A stretch of 64,000 bases of DNA from Phoronis australis (taxonomy: Eukaryota; Animalia; Phoronida), in assembly GCA_002633005.1 (NCBI GenBank), contig NMRA01000712.1:1-64000 (forward strand), given 5' to 3'. A program made the position numbers and the translations under genes. The first letter of the stretch is position 1. The number at the start of each line of letters is the position of its first letter. The notes under the pieces are model-generated. The model saw nothing but the letters and a program-made list of their open reading frames with translations, did no database searches and was not told where the DNA came from. Below are positions 39,301 to 51,300 of the stretch, one piece after another.

Positions 39301-42300
39301 CCCTAAATGCAGGCATTTCTGGGCATCCTGTTACACAGGCGCCACCTAGTGGACTTTTAAGTTCCCCTATAGAGTTTCATGTAACCAATCCTTGGAGATG
39401 GCTTTGCAACTGAGTTCACTAACTGAACTGAACTGAACTGAAGAAGTACGATTTTGAAGTCATGTCATTGGCTATCTGGTTAGAAAGAGTTGTTAATTCA
39501 TCCCCGCATTGGTTTGGCAAAGCAGTGGGACCCTAGAGAAGGTTTAATGGATTGTATGTATGTGCTAATGGCAAATGAGACACCATAGGATTGATTTTGT
39601 TTCATTCAGCTGCAAGAGCTTGACAACAAATTTTGCTGGATAACTGACCGTTAACTTCGAAATTTGAAAGTTTACTTGAAACTTGTCATGTGATTGGTCT
39701 ACTTTCGAGTGTAGTAGTTCTGTGGTGCTGGGCCTGAGTATGCTTACGTTGTGGTAAAAGCTTTGCTTTAACTAGGAATGGTGCATTGGTTGTTCAGATA
39801 GTTGATAATGACAAAAGGGCCGACTGAAGGTGAATGCATGCAGTTGCCATTAATACTAAGATATTATCAAGATCGCATGTCCTTGTTCATTGCAGTCCCC
39901 AGCATGGCTGTCGTCGTTTGAAAAAGAAGCCTCAGATTATTTAAAACAGCTACATACTAAGGTGAGTTTTTTAACTATGAGCTCGTTAAGCTTTTTATGC
40001 TCGTGTTATTTCATATGTAGTTATTATTAAAGTGTATCAATGTAAGCTTTTGATGCATTCACTTACTCATATAGATTGTGTTCTTGTTCTCGTCGTTTCC
40101 ATCTGGACAAGCGTTCACAGCCATGTCTTCCAAGCCCTTGAAGGATAGTCATGAAATTAGGCGAGTGTGTTGTTATGATGCTGAATTGTTCCTTCACCCT
40201 GGTTTGTCTACTCTTGCAGGGCAGTGATACTCAACAGCAGGAGTCCATTGAACATTACAAGGCAGTATTGGCTACAACGGTAGGCCCTCAACTGGTACTC
40301 TATATAGATTGTGCACCTGAATAATTCATCGTTTAGTAACATGAATTCAATGATTTGATTTGAGTTGATGACTAAAGATTGTCTATATTGTCTTTGATTT
40401 CTAGAATTTATGGTATGCTGATTAGTAGTGTTATCTTTTGGACTTCAGTATTGATTTGCTCAGAGTGTGAGTGTCAGGATTGCGATAGTACTTGAATCGC
40501 GAACTGATTTTGATGCCTGGAAAGCTTTTGTTTATGGCTTGCCTTCTTAGGAAGGCAGTTAAGACTGTTAATTGTATTCATGCTTCCGTCTTTCATACTG
40601 AAAGCATTAACAAGAAAAACATTCCAGAAGCGTGGAAAATAGAAAACAAAAATGCGTTTCCCTTTTCATGGCATTGAAATGCACAATTCATAATGTTATA
40701 GAAGTATGTTCAGGGCCTTCCACAAGAGGTGTTGAATGTGTCTACTGCGGTAAAGTCACTGATTTATAGTGTTGGTTACAGGAGGACATGCTGAACAAGT
40801 TGCAGAGTAGTGTGGAGTCTGAGGAGAAGAAGTGGCAGGCCCGCCTACAGGATGCAGAGAACGAACACAGTAGGACGAGGGCGGAGCTTAATAGCGCCCG
40901 AGAGGAGATGAAGCAGTTACGGGGCAGTACCGAAGTAAGTGAGAGGGCGGGGTTACATACAGGCTGTGGTGAAAAAAAGAATGCCTTTGGACGAGTGTGG
41001 ATCCGGAGAGTTGAAAATGTTGGAAAAGGGAAGGGAATTACGGGGGAGGAGAGTAAAGGGTGCCGAGGTGATGGAGTCGTTGGGGGTGGGTTGTGGGATG
41101 TGTTGAAGGGAGGCGTTCTCTAGCGCAAAGATGGAGGGTCAGTCAGGCAATGATTGGAACAGTTTCAGGACAATGGTGAGATGTGGGAGGGGCCATAGTG
41201 AACAGGAGTGTGGAGCTTTCTGTTGAGAGGTACAAGGTTTTGCAGGAGTATCTGGGGAGGCGTGGCCAGGGTAGGAGATTGGAGTAAAATGGAGGAGCTT
41301 CACAATATCAGGTAGAAATGAAATTTATGAGGCAGTGGGAGTTTTCTATGAAATTTAAGCAATTTGTTTCATTCAAAATAAACATTTTTAGAGGAAGTGT
41401 AAACTATACTTGCCTCGTTGCAGGCTAACAGGTGTTTGATAGATCAAATGTTAGGCTTGGATACGCTTTCGCAGTATATAAGAAATTTCATTTGTGTTTG
41501 ACTGCATTTTCAGTTTTTTTCCTCTTAACAGTAAGGCCTGTTTGTTTACATATGCTTTACTTTTGTGACTTGTGAGGTTAGGCATGTTACGTCTTTATTT
41601 CGTGTTTCATTTGAGCATGACGTAGGATCCTGTTAATGATTTACTTCGTTCGTTGCACACGCATGTCATTTCCTCCCAAACACGTGTCACTACATTTTGA
41701 TTTCCCATCGTTTCCCCCTTGATAGGATCTGAGTAGCGTGAATTTTGCATACCGGTGCGTTGAAAAAAGCCTGTCCACCATTTCCGAAGAGGTAACTGCT
41801 AGTCAGTGGAGTTAATAACAACACCTCATCTCAGGCGGGGTTCGCATGCTTCCTCTCTTTCAGACAGCACGGTCATTTCTGTCAATGACAGCGTTATGAC
41901 GCATTTCTTTTCTCACGAACCACTATTCTTTGCACTCTCTGACGAGACATTTCATTTATTTGTTGCTGTGTATCAAATCTTTCGGTTCATGAGTGAAGAA
42001 GTGTGTTTGTAGGAGCAGTCTAATGGTACATGTGAAAAGCAATACACAATATCTTTGATTAGGATTAGGTTTGTGAGAAAAGAATGCTCATGCAGTCTGT
42101 GAGGGTGGAAATATGCCTGCCCTGTCTTGTAGATACGGGGGTCGGTCCTGCATGAGTTCCTGGGTGGAGTCATTGTTAGATCATTCTGTGTGACCATGTC
42201 TCCACTAACTAAAACCTCGACACGGCCTGTATGCATCTGTTACAACGGTGTGTTTTAGTTTGTGCACGACGCATGGTTTTCCGTTTGTTGACGAGATAAG

Positions 42301-45300
42301 TTATTGTTACACCACGCCCACCGTTTGCATTTTGCTTTGTAGGAATCTGCATTCACTCGTTACGTTTTGTTTTGTTTAAATGGGGTTCAATGAATTTTTC
42401 TCACTACTCGTGTGCGTAACTAAATACTGCGTGAAAAACATGTCTTTTTTATGAATATTCAAATAAATTGTCTGAAGGTTTTTAAACCTTTATTAATTTC
42501 TTATTTGGTCTTACAATGTACTGTAAATAGTCAATTAAATAACAGTTTGTAAGATTTCTTGTATGCGAGTTTGTTGTCTAACATTGTTAAGCGATCGTTT
42601 TAGAACACCTGCATTCCAAAATGTTATTGTGTATGTGACATTTTCAACGAATCTTACATGCTGAGGGTGGTGCTTGCTTCATTTTGGAACTGCTAAAGTT
42701 CAAGCTACAAACTAGTTTTTATTAATATGAGGAGCTGGTGTTGATTCTTGCTCTTCAGTCAGTGTGAATAAGTTAAATTTGGTATTCAAGCACGTGCGTG
42801 CAAGCTGCTTACCTAAATGTCTGATTTAACATTCATTACTTACAAGGTGTGCTGTTACATATAATCTCTTTTACTAATAGCATGTATTAACAAAATTAAC
42901 TCGTAACACCTGTCAGTTTAGGGCTTTACGGAATGCTTGACAAAATAACCTTTTGCTACAATTGAAGATAAAGGTTAAAGTTCTCGCATTTAAACCTAAT
43001 AACAAGTTTTTAGATTCGCTGAGCTACTAACAACAGAATTGTCTAACTCATCTGTCCTCTATTTAACATTTCTATGCAGATTCCACTTACCCAGCTTAAG
43101 CGGTGCTCAGATCTTGTGTTCAAGGTGGGAGGTTGTTTTCTTTGGTTTTGGGTTCGGTAGCACTGGTTCACTTCGGTTGTCAGTGGCCCTCTCACGGGCT
43201 TGGTAATGGGCAAGGCTGGTTGTAGGGTAGTGCGCTTCAGAAGGTTTCTTTATCATTGGCCTGGGTTTTGTTAAATCCAACAGCTATGCACCAGCTACCA
43301 AACCGGTTTTTGTTTCGCACAAATGCAATTTCTTTCGCACGACAATAGCTGTGCGTTACTAGTGTTTCAAAAATGAAAAGTTACTTTGCCAAGAGACTTT
43401 GAGTACGATGACGTTTTGTCAACTGTTCTTGAAATACTTGGCAGGTCACTAGTATTATGTTGGATTTATGTACACACCAAAATTTTTATTCCATCCTTTG
43501 AGCATTTCGACTTCTATTTTTCCGTTTTCATTTTTTGCCTGAAATGCACTAAAGAAGTGTTTTTTTTTAAATCATTTGAAATGTACTGCCAGAATTTCTG
43601 ACTCTCAAAAACTTATGCTACTCACAATCGTTTTGTGAATTACGCAAAATTTAAGATTTTTTTGACCTTACAGAACTCAGATATAATATTCTGTAGCATG
43701 ACAGCATTAATTGGTATCTATACAATCAGTTGCATCGTTCCTTCTTGCTTTGTACAGCTTTGCTCATTTATATCAATTACAAAGAAAGCCTATCAACTTT
43801 AACAAAAACTATTTGTTGTGTCTGTAAAGGTACAGTGTGACTAACGACGAGTTTCAGGTGCCGTGACCAGGATATAAGTCTTTTTGTGGTTCTTATGTTA
43901 ATAGCGATTATACCTGCAGTTGAGCAATTTCTGTGAAAAACAGCCTTGGCTTGTCTTCCGGGAAGCCAACATTTAGTACTGTTGTGCTTTACAGTTATTT
44001 TCATTTCTTTGATTCGTGGCATTTGACTTCACTCAAGTAATAGTTGCGCCTATTGATATGTTGTCTTGTGTTCCAGATGGAAGATCGAATTAAAGATTTA
44101 GAACAGAGGCTACAAAATGTAGAGAAAGAAAAGCAAGATGCTGAATTGTTATTGCAGAAGGTATGACCAATGTGTGATGTTTGAGCTGAGCCGCGTCACT
44201 TTTTTCATTGACTTATTGCTTGTTGTTTTCATGTTGTGAGGATCCCTGTTAATATACAACAGTAAAATGATGCAAATTTCAGACAAAGAAGAGCCTTACA
44301 CGCTCTCTTTCAGTTTTCAGGGGATGCTAAAGTTGTTGTGAATGTACATAGTTTTTCTAAATATTGTCTGATGTTAGCTAAAGTACTGGTCTAAATCTGT
44401 CCCCTTGACAGAGGGGTTAAGGAAACTTTATATAGTGTGTGGAGAACCCTCTGAATATTCAAAAAGAAGTTGGAGATTTCTATTCTCTCACACATGAGAC
44501 AGGACTATTGCCGAGGTACCTTACCATCTGACCAAAGTTCCATCCAGTTGTCAAAAACATCAATAGCTATATTGAAGTCTGCAAGATACAGATACAACAT
44601 TACAACATAAACTCAAAGTCAAGACTTTATCGTATTCAGTTATTTTATTATGCAGCTGGATGTCTTAAATCTCGCGTTTTTAGCTTTTGACTGTCCTTTT
44701 CTCTTCATTCTAGCAACTAGATGAGGTCAAGTCACTGGCTGAGTCGCAGCAAAAGTCCAGTGATGAAACCATCCACAAGCTCCGTGCAGAACTCGTCCAG
44801 AAATCCAAGGTAAGTCCAACAGTGGCAGGGAAAAAAACAAGGCTTTCTAGCGTAGCACTACTTCACCCTGCCAGCAGCTTTCTTTCTGTTAGCTAGTTAT
44901 TTCAGTTAGTTCATGCCTATTAATTCTCACAATATAAGTTGCTGATCTATTCTTCTGTTGCTAATAGCTGTGTTATTGTTATTTTAAGTTGTTGTCACCG
45001 GTAGTATTAGTGTGTGAGTAGTGTTGACTGTTATGAATTTTATGTCGAAAAAGGAATTTTTCAAAGTTGAGCCACGTAGCTTTCGAATGGACTTGTGCAT
45101 TCCAGAGAACATTTTGAGTTGTGTCACAGCTCCGTTTACGTGCACGGGATGTGTTCAAGTATTCCTTAAGGTCATGTTAAGCACCATGCGCTTGTCTGTT
45201 GATGACAATGCAAATTGCATCTGTTGAAATTAATATCAGACTCTCATTTTTTGTGAGTAGTTTCGGTTTAAACAACTTGACAAAGTCCGATCTGGCTAAT

Positions 45301-48300
45301 AAATGACGAGTTTCTGCCAAAATTTGTAAACAAATTTAAAATTTCAAAACAAATTTCTCCATTGTTTCATAAAGCAAACCTTTGATTTGGTGAATTTTTT
45401 AAACTACTAAAAGTAAAATATTATTGTGTGCTCGCACTGTGGTAGTCGTACTGGAACTATTCACTTTTGTTGTGTAGCTTAGTCTCTTTTCTTTAATGCG
45501 CTCATACCCCTTTAGCTATATAGCTTACATTTGTACATCAACCTGCATTTCGCTTAATCCCCGGCTTGCTTTACACCTAGGAGTTTTACCAACTGTCTAA
45601 CATGACACAGCACGGTTGGGACATTGTACAACCTGAACTGGAGGTAATGATTGACAATGGTGCGGTGACAGGGATCATTCAAAATTGACATCTTACCTGC
45701 TCTATCTTTGGTAACTGGTTTGTGAATTAAAATATCTGTCTTTGTTATCGACGCGGGATATTGTCGTCTTGAGTAACTTTCTCTTTTCAACTAATTAAAT
45801 ATGTACCTAATGTGTGTTTGAAAAGACACATTAGATTGAAAATGCTTGTAGTTTCCAATTTCCTCTTCTACGCCACACAATATCCATCGGCCATTTGATG
45901 TAACAATTAACTGCTTTTGAATTGTACCACTTTGGTTCGTTTCATTTCTTTCAAAGGTCAAAGTGGCATTAAAGCCATGCTTTCTGTCACAACACAATGT
46001 TTATTTTGGCCACTACCTGTACACTAATGGTCTCACCGTATTCCAGTTGAGAAGTGGTCTCTGGGCTCATGAACAACTGACAGTTACTTACTGCTTCAGA
46101 ACAGGCTCGATAAGTTGTGGGTCATGACATAAACGTTTCACCTCAGAGATAACGACACGTTGAATCTGTTTGGGCGATTTATTGCAACCAATTTCACCTG
46201 TGACGTATGACAAGAAGGCAGTAATGTCGTCTTGGAAGCATAAAATATGCATGCATGGAAGTTGTGTTTGGCGCGAGAATATGGTTTATAGTCGCTTTAA
46301 GTGATTTCTGGGCTTCAGAACAACTTGGATTAGTTGGGCAGCTTAAAATTCCAATTTTAAATTGGGAATCTGTCGTTTTCCAATCTTTAAACATGGTAGA
46401 GTTGATGCTAGGTAAACGTCAGTATTTCACGCGTGCAAAAAATGTTTCCATTGTGATGAAATCTTTAGTACGTATACTTGCTCTTTTTAAGGAATCCTCA
46501 AGCACAGCCACGCAAGTTGAGGAGGTATGTAAACCATTTTCATTGTTTCACGCTTGCTGTTTGTACCATCTGTACTTTGGATGTCTAATTGTGTCTTACT
46601 TGCCTTCTGTAGCTTCAGTAATTCTTCACTTATTTGGCAGGCAATGTGGCTGGCCAGTGAAATTCTGTTTCGTCAAATTTCTCCAGAAAATTATTATAAT
46701 TACTAGCATGGTTTGTACTGTGTTGGTGTCATTTTCCATTTTTTTGCAGTAAAGTAATCGGCCTTTGAAAACTGGGCAAGTGACAATCTAGGCGTTTATT
46801 TTTTTGCATAATAATTGGAGAATTATGGTAGTGGCAGTTAAAGCACTCGCACCTGCACATCAGATGATGCACTTGATTGGTTGCCATAACATGTGACCTC
46901 TTCGAGGATACTTAGAGATGCCATATTACAATTGATTGAGGGAAGTCTCCGAGTCAAAGCAAAATGAAGCCAACCTATGAAAAATGAACGTACACCTACA
47001 GTTGCGGCCAGCAGGTGTCCCCACTGATGGATATCCCCTAAATCTCAAACCTGTTTAAATTTGAGCATTGTTACAAAGTATTTGGGTTAGGTTATAAAAT
47101 TAACCTCTGAAGTCTGTTGGTTGTTCTTGAGAGAAAGAAGGAGTGAACATAAAAGACAAAATTATTGTGTCGTCACATAAAGCCCCGGCAGTTACTAAAT
47201 TCTACTGCTTTGTTACAGACACAATAAAATGTATGTTGAAGCCTCCTCAGGCATGAGTTCAGCAGCAAACTGTTGTGTTTATTACAAAGAGGGGTGGTCG
47301 CAACCAAGTTCATGAGCGTCACGAAATTGTTTCTACACTTTATCTTTTTATGAGTGACTAGCGTTTTACGAGGTTCAGCTAATTAAAAAATACCTGTACT
47401 CCTATATTGGTAGAAATTGGTTTTGTGTTTTGGCAATTTCTTTAAATTTTTGGTAGAATATGGTGAAAGCCCCGTTGGAGCTACAACTTATTTATCATCG
47501 CTGGCCTAAGCTATTTTAACACGTTTTGTGGCAGCCAACAATGTTTGCGGAAATTCTTTACCTATTTAGCACACAACGTGGTGGACAAATGAATTTATAT
47601 GTTGTCGAATTTCAGAAAAAAAGGATTATTAAAATTTAAGTCTTGTTATTAGCCGGTTTTCTGCTGTGTAGATGTCACAAAAATGTTTTGTAAAGTTTCC
47701 ATTATTTGTAGTGAGATAATGAACTTTCGAAAAATGAAAAAATAATGTTTTGGCAACTATGTTTAGGTGACATAAGTGGGTAATTGCCGCAGTTGATTCT
47801 AACATCACCTTCTGAGATTTGTTGACTTGCATGCTGTCAATTAACTGCATTCACAACACAGTCTAGTGTGTAGTGATTGCTACTGAAACTGTATGGGGAG
47901 CGGGTGGTGAAAATACGTTGGGAGCCTGTCTCCTTTGTTGAATATCCTTCGCGTATGCTACATGTGTAAGAAAGGGACTTCAAGGACCAATCACTCCACT
48001 AGGCAAGAAGTCGCTGCGAAATACACTCATTGGCTGCTCACCACCTTTAGTTGTCATCAGACTTGTGCCTGTAATTCTTACCCGGTGGAGTCGAACACCG
48101 TTTTAGTCTCTTTCTTCCTAATGTAGTGTGTGCAGGTATGTTCTAAAAAGTAGAGAAGCCCCAGACCGATGAATGATACTGTTAATACGCACTAGACTTC
48201 GTAACATTTCTTGAAATGACTGGCATGACTACATTAACGTGCATCTCCACCTTTCAACAATTCCAATTCTAATGGGTGACTCGAAGTTCACTAGGTGGCG

Positions 48301-51300
48301 CTAGTGAGACAACGGTCGTTCCTGTATAAATACGTTCATTCAGGTAGTCACGCGCGACCGTTAGCACACAGACGCCCTCGGACTTTTAAACTGCTTTGCG
48401 CTCTCATTCTATTGTGATTGTACAAAGAGCGAGCAGTTTTTATTCAGTTACACCACCTAGTGACCATCGAGTGAACCATTTATCTGTGAGAGTACAGTGT
48501 AAAAGGATGCAGTTCACAACCAACTTTGTCTAGCTTCAGTCTGCTTAGTGCAGCTGTGCCGTACTCTGTGTGCTTTCATCTAACGCCTGCATGTCGCCTG
48601 CATTATTCATTACAGTTGAACTCTAAACTGAACGAGAGAGAAAAACTTTTACAAAACGAAATGGCAAAAACTAGGCAGTTGACTTACAAGTTGGTAAGTG
48701 CGACCCCCCCCCTTGTCCCCTGAGCTATTATCCTCTGTTTTGGCACATTTCATGAATGTGACATTCTACAGTTTGCCTCAAAAGACAGTCTATTTCATCA
48801 AGCTTGGAATTATCCTGTCATGTTTACAGACCCCACATCATTTTTTTTGCCTCGTCTTGGGCATCAAGTTTATGCCAACAACCTGAAAAAAAATTTTTGC
48901 CATTCTCTTTATTCTGTCCTACTTTGCTAATGCTTGCACGTTTAACCGTAAAATAGCACTCGTGTTCTTAGCTCTAGTGGGCCTATATACAGGTTTTCCT
49001 AATGTGTGATGGGTCAGAGATGTAGAGAACTATTCACTAACCTCAGGTTGATCTATTTTTAGTGTCGAAAACAATCCAACATAATTACATTGATTACCAA
49101 AATGCGATAGTTTTATGCAATCTGTAACCTGAGGGTAAAAACTGGAACAAGACGGAGTGGAAAATTTTCTGACCCATCGCTGGACTTTTGACGCTATCGT
49201 AGCGTTGGTGACACAATGCACATCTCTCATAATGCACTTTGAAAGTTATCCGTTCCACCGAGGTCTTGTATTGACCATTTGGAAATGTTGGACTAGAACC
49301 TGAAAGTTTCTATGTGAACTTGACTATTTGTATACTTCAAATCTTACGTGAAATAACTTGATTATAAATGGAACTTGAAGCAAAATTCTATGGAGATGGT
49401 AATGAACATACTAAAGATCAGCTTTGTATCAAAATTTTTTTCAACTTCTTTATCTGTATAAATGTTCTGTGTGTCTTGCACGCATTGCAGTAAGACAACT
49501 GAGCCTGAGACTACTAACTTTATTTAAGATGCAAGTAGATTATTGACCAATCGCATGAGTAAACTGGCATGCTGTTTGATTGGTTAATTTTCTAAGTGTG
49601 TCTGAATTAAAGTTCTTTGGACTGTCTAGATGTGCTCTGCAATGCGTGCAAAACATTATGCACGACACACTTAGAAAATTAACCAAGCAGATTGCATAAC
49701 AGTTTACTCAAGCGATTGCTCAATAATCTACTTACGTCTTAACTGAAGTTAGTCTTGTCTGGTTCTGATATCTTCTGTTTAATTCCTAAGTAACCGTATC
49801 TAATCACCTGTTCTCATTGCACTTTTAACAGAGAATGGTAAGTGAGGCGGGTGGGTGTAATAGTAGAGGGCATTTTCCTTAGTTGGACACCTTTAACCCT
49901 CATTTAGTCACACACTGACCCCTCTTTCCCAAGTTTCTCCATGGTCTCGAGTCGACTGTTAGAATTTCATTACCAGTCCATTCACCTAGTAGTAGGTTGT
50001 TAGCTAGAAGATACCATACTGCAATCGATGTCGCTGTGCTCAGTTATTGAATGCCAACTGCAAGAACAATGAATGAGTACAAGGAATTGTATTTAGCCTC
50101 AATTTAAGTTTGCACTGCTTCCTGTTTGACTCGAGAGTCACACAAGAGTATGGTAACTTCTGCTAACCCTGAGACCCCATTGATTAGGGCCCTGGGCTCT
50201 AATCTTTGAACTTAACATCAAGCTTAAAATTTTTTTTTTTTCATTTTGTGATTAAGTTTTGTGCGAACTTAGGATAAGTGTGCTATTCTGTGCCCGAGAA
50301 CATTAGGGTTTAGGTGGGTGACTGTCTAATCCTAGTTTGTACATGATCCCGGCATTAAAGTTTTAAGTTCGTGTCCGAACTTGAAATCTCAATGCTAGAG
50401 GTCATCAAGTACGAACTTGGACTAGGAGCTCTTGCATAAACAATAATTTACTCGATCACAGAACAATACGCGCTCATGTGCAATTCATGCAAATGAAAAA
50501 TATCGTAAGTGACTAAGAGTTTGATTTCAAGTACAAAGATTAGACTCGTTGGGGCCTAGGTCTTATGCCACCGTAATCTCTACCTTTGTTAAAAGGTACA
50601 AGATAACATTGGTGTGGTTATGGTTACCTTTGACGTGGATGTGTAGGACTACGCTGTGATTGGTCTATTGCTCGGCGGCAGTGATGTTTAGAGGCACTTG
50701 ATTTAATTGTTCGCGATGAGATTTTAGTTGCAGCCTGTTCGCTGAAGGCCACATTCAGTGTAAACCTTGAAGAAACATACTTGTGTTGTATTAAAATCTT
50801 TTTAGCAGAATATGGCTATGCGTAGATTGTGTGCTATGGTCTAAGTTGAATTATGGCTTCTGCAAATAAAACTCACATACGTAGAAGATGTCATTTCAGA
50901 TCACTTAAACTTGCCAGTTGCAAACGTTTTGAGTCCTGTTTTGACAAGCAGAATATATTTCCTGCAACGGGTGCCTTCTGGTTCAGAAACCTCTATGGAT
51001 TTTTCTCAACATTTTACCGCAATTGAAAGGATTTATTGAAAATTTTAATTCTCTCACAAGCTATTGTAAAAATTGTACAACTTCTGGTAAAAAAAATATT
51101 AACTGAATGAATGCCTCATTTACCGTTGTTCATGTTTGTGAATATCATGGGTTAGCTGGCTACCTCAAGTGGGAACTACAGTTGTTGTAACGTTGTTGCT
51201 GTGTCTTGCTTGATGTTGCTTTGTTTATTGGGTTATGTCGCAAATTGCGCAAGCGACTTCAGGAAGATCATAGGCATTTTTTTCTTGCACGAGATGTATG

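Noticed and set aside
42133-42228. Open 96-nt AG...GT segment as another RRBP1 cassette exon
   Set aside because: The peptide is not family-like and the exon-side donor context (CCT|GT) is weak; insufficient support.
46255-46752. 165-aa ORF and similar hydrophobic intronic ORFs in the track
   Set aside because: Low-complexity products of T-rich intron sequence; only the 33-nt exon inside it is supported.
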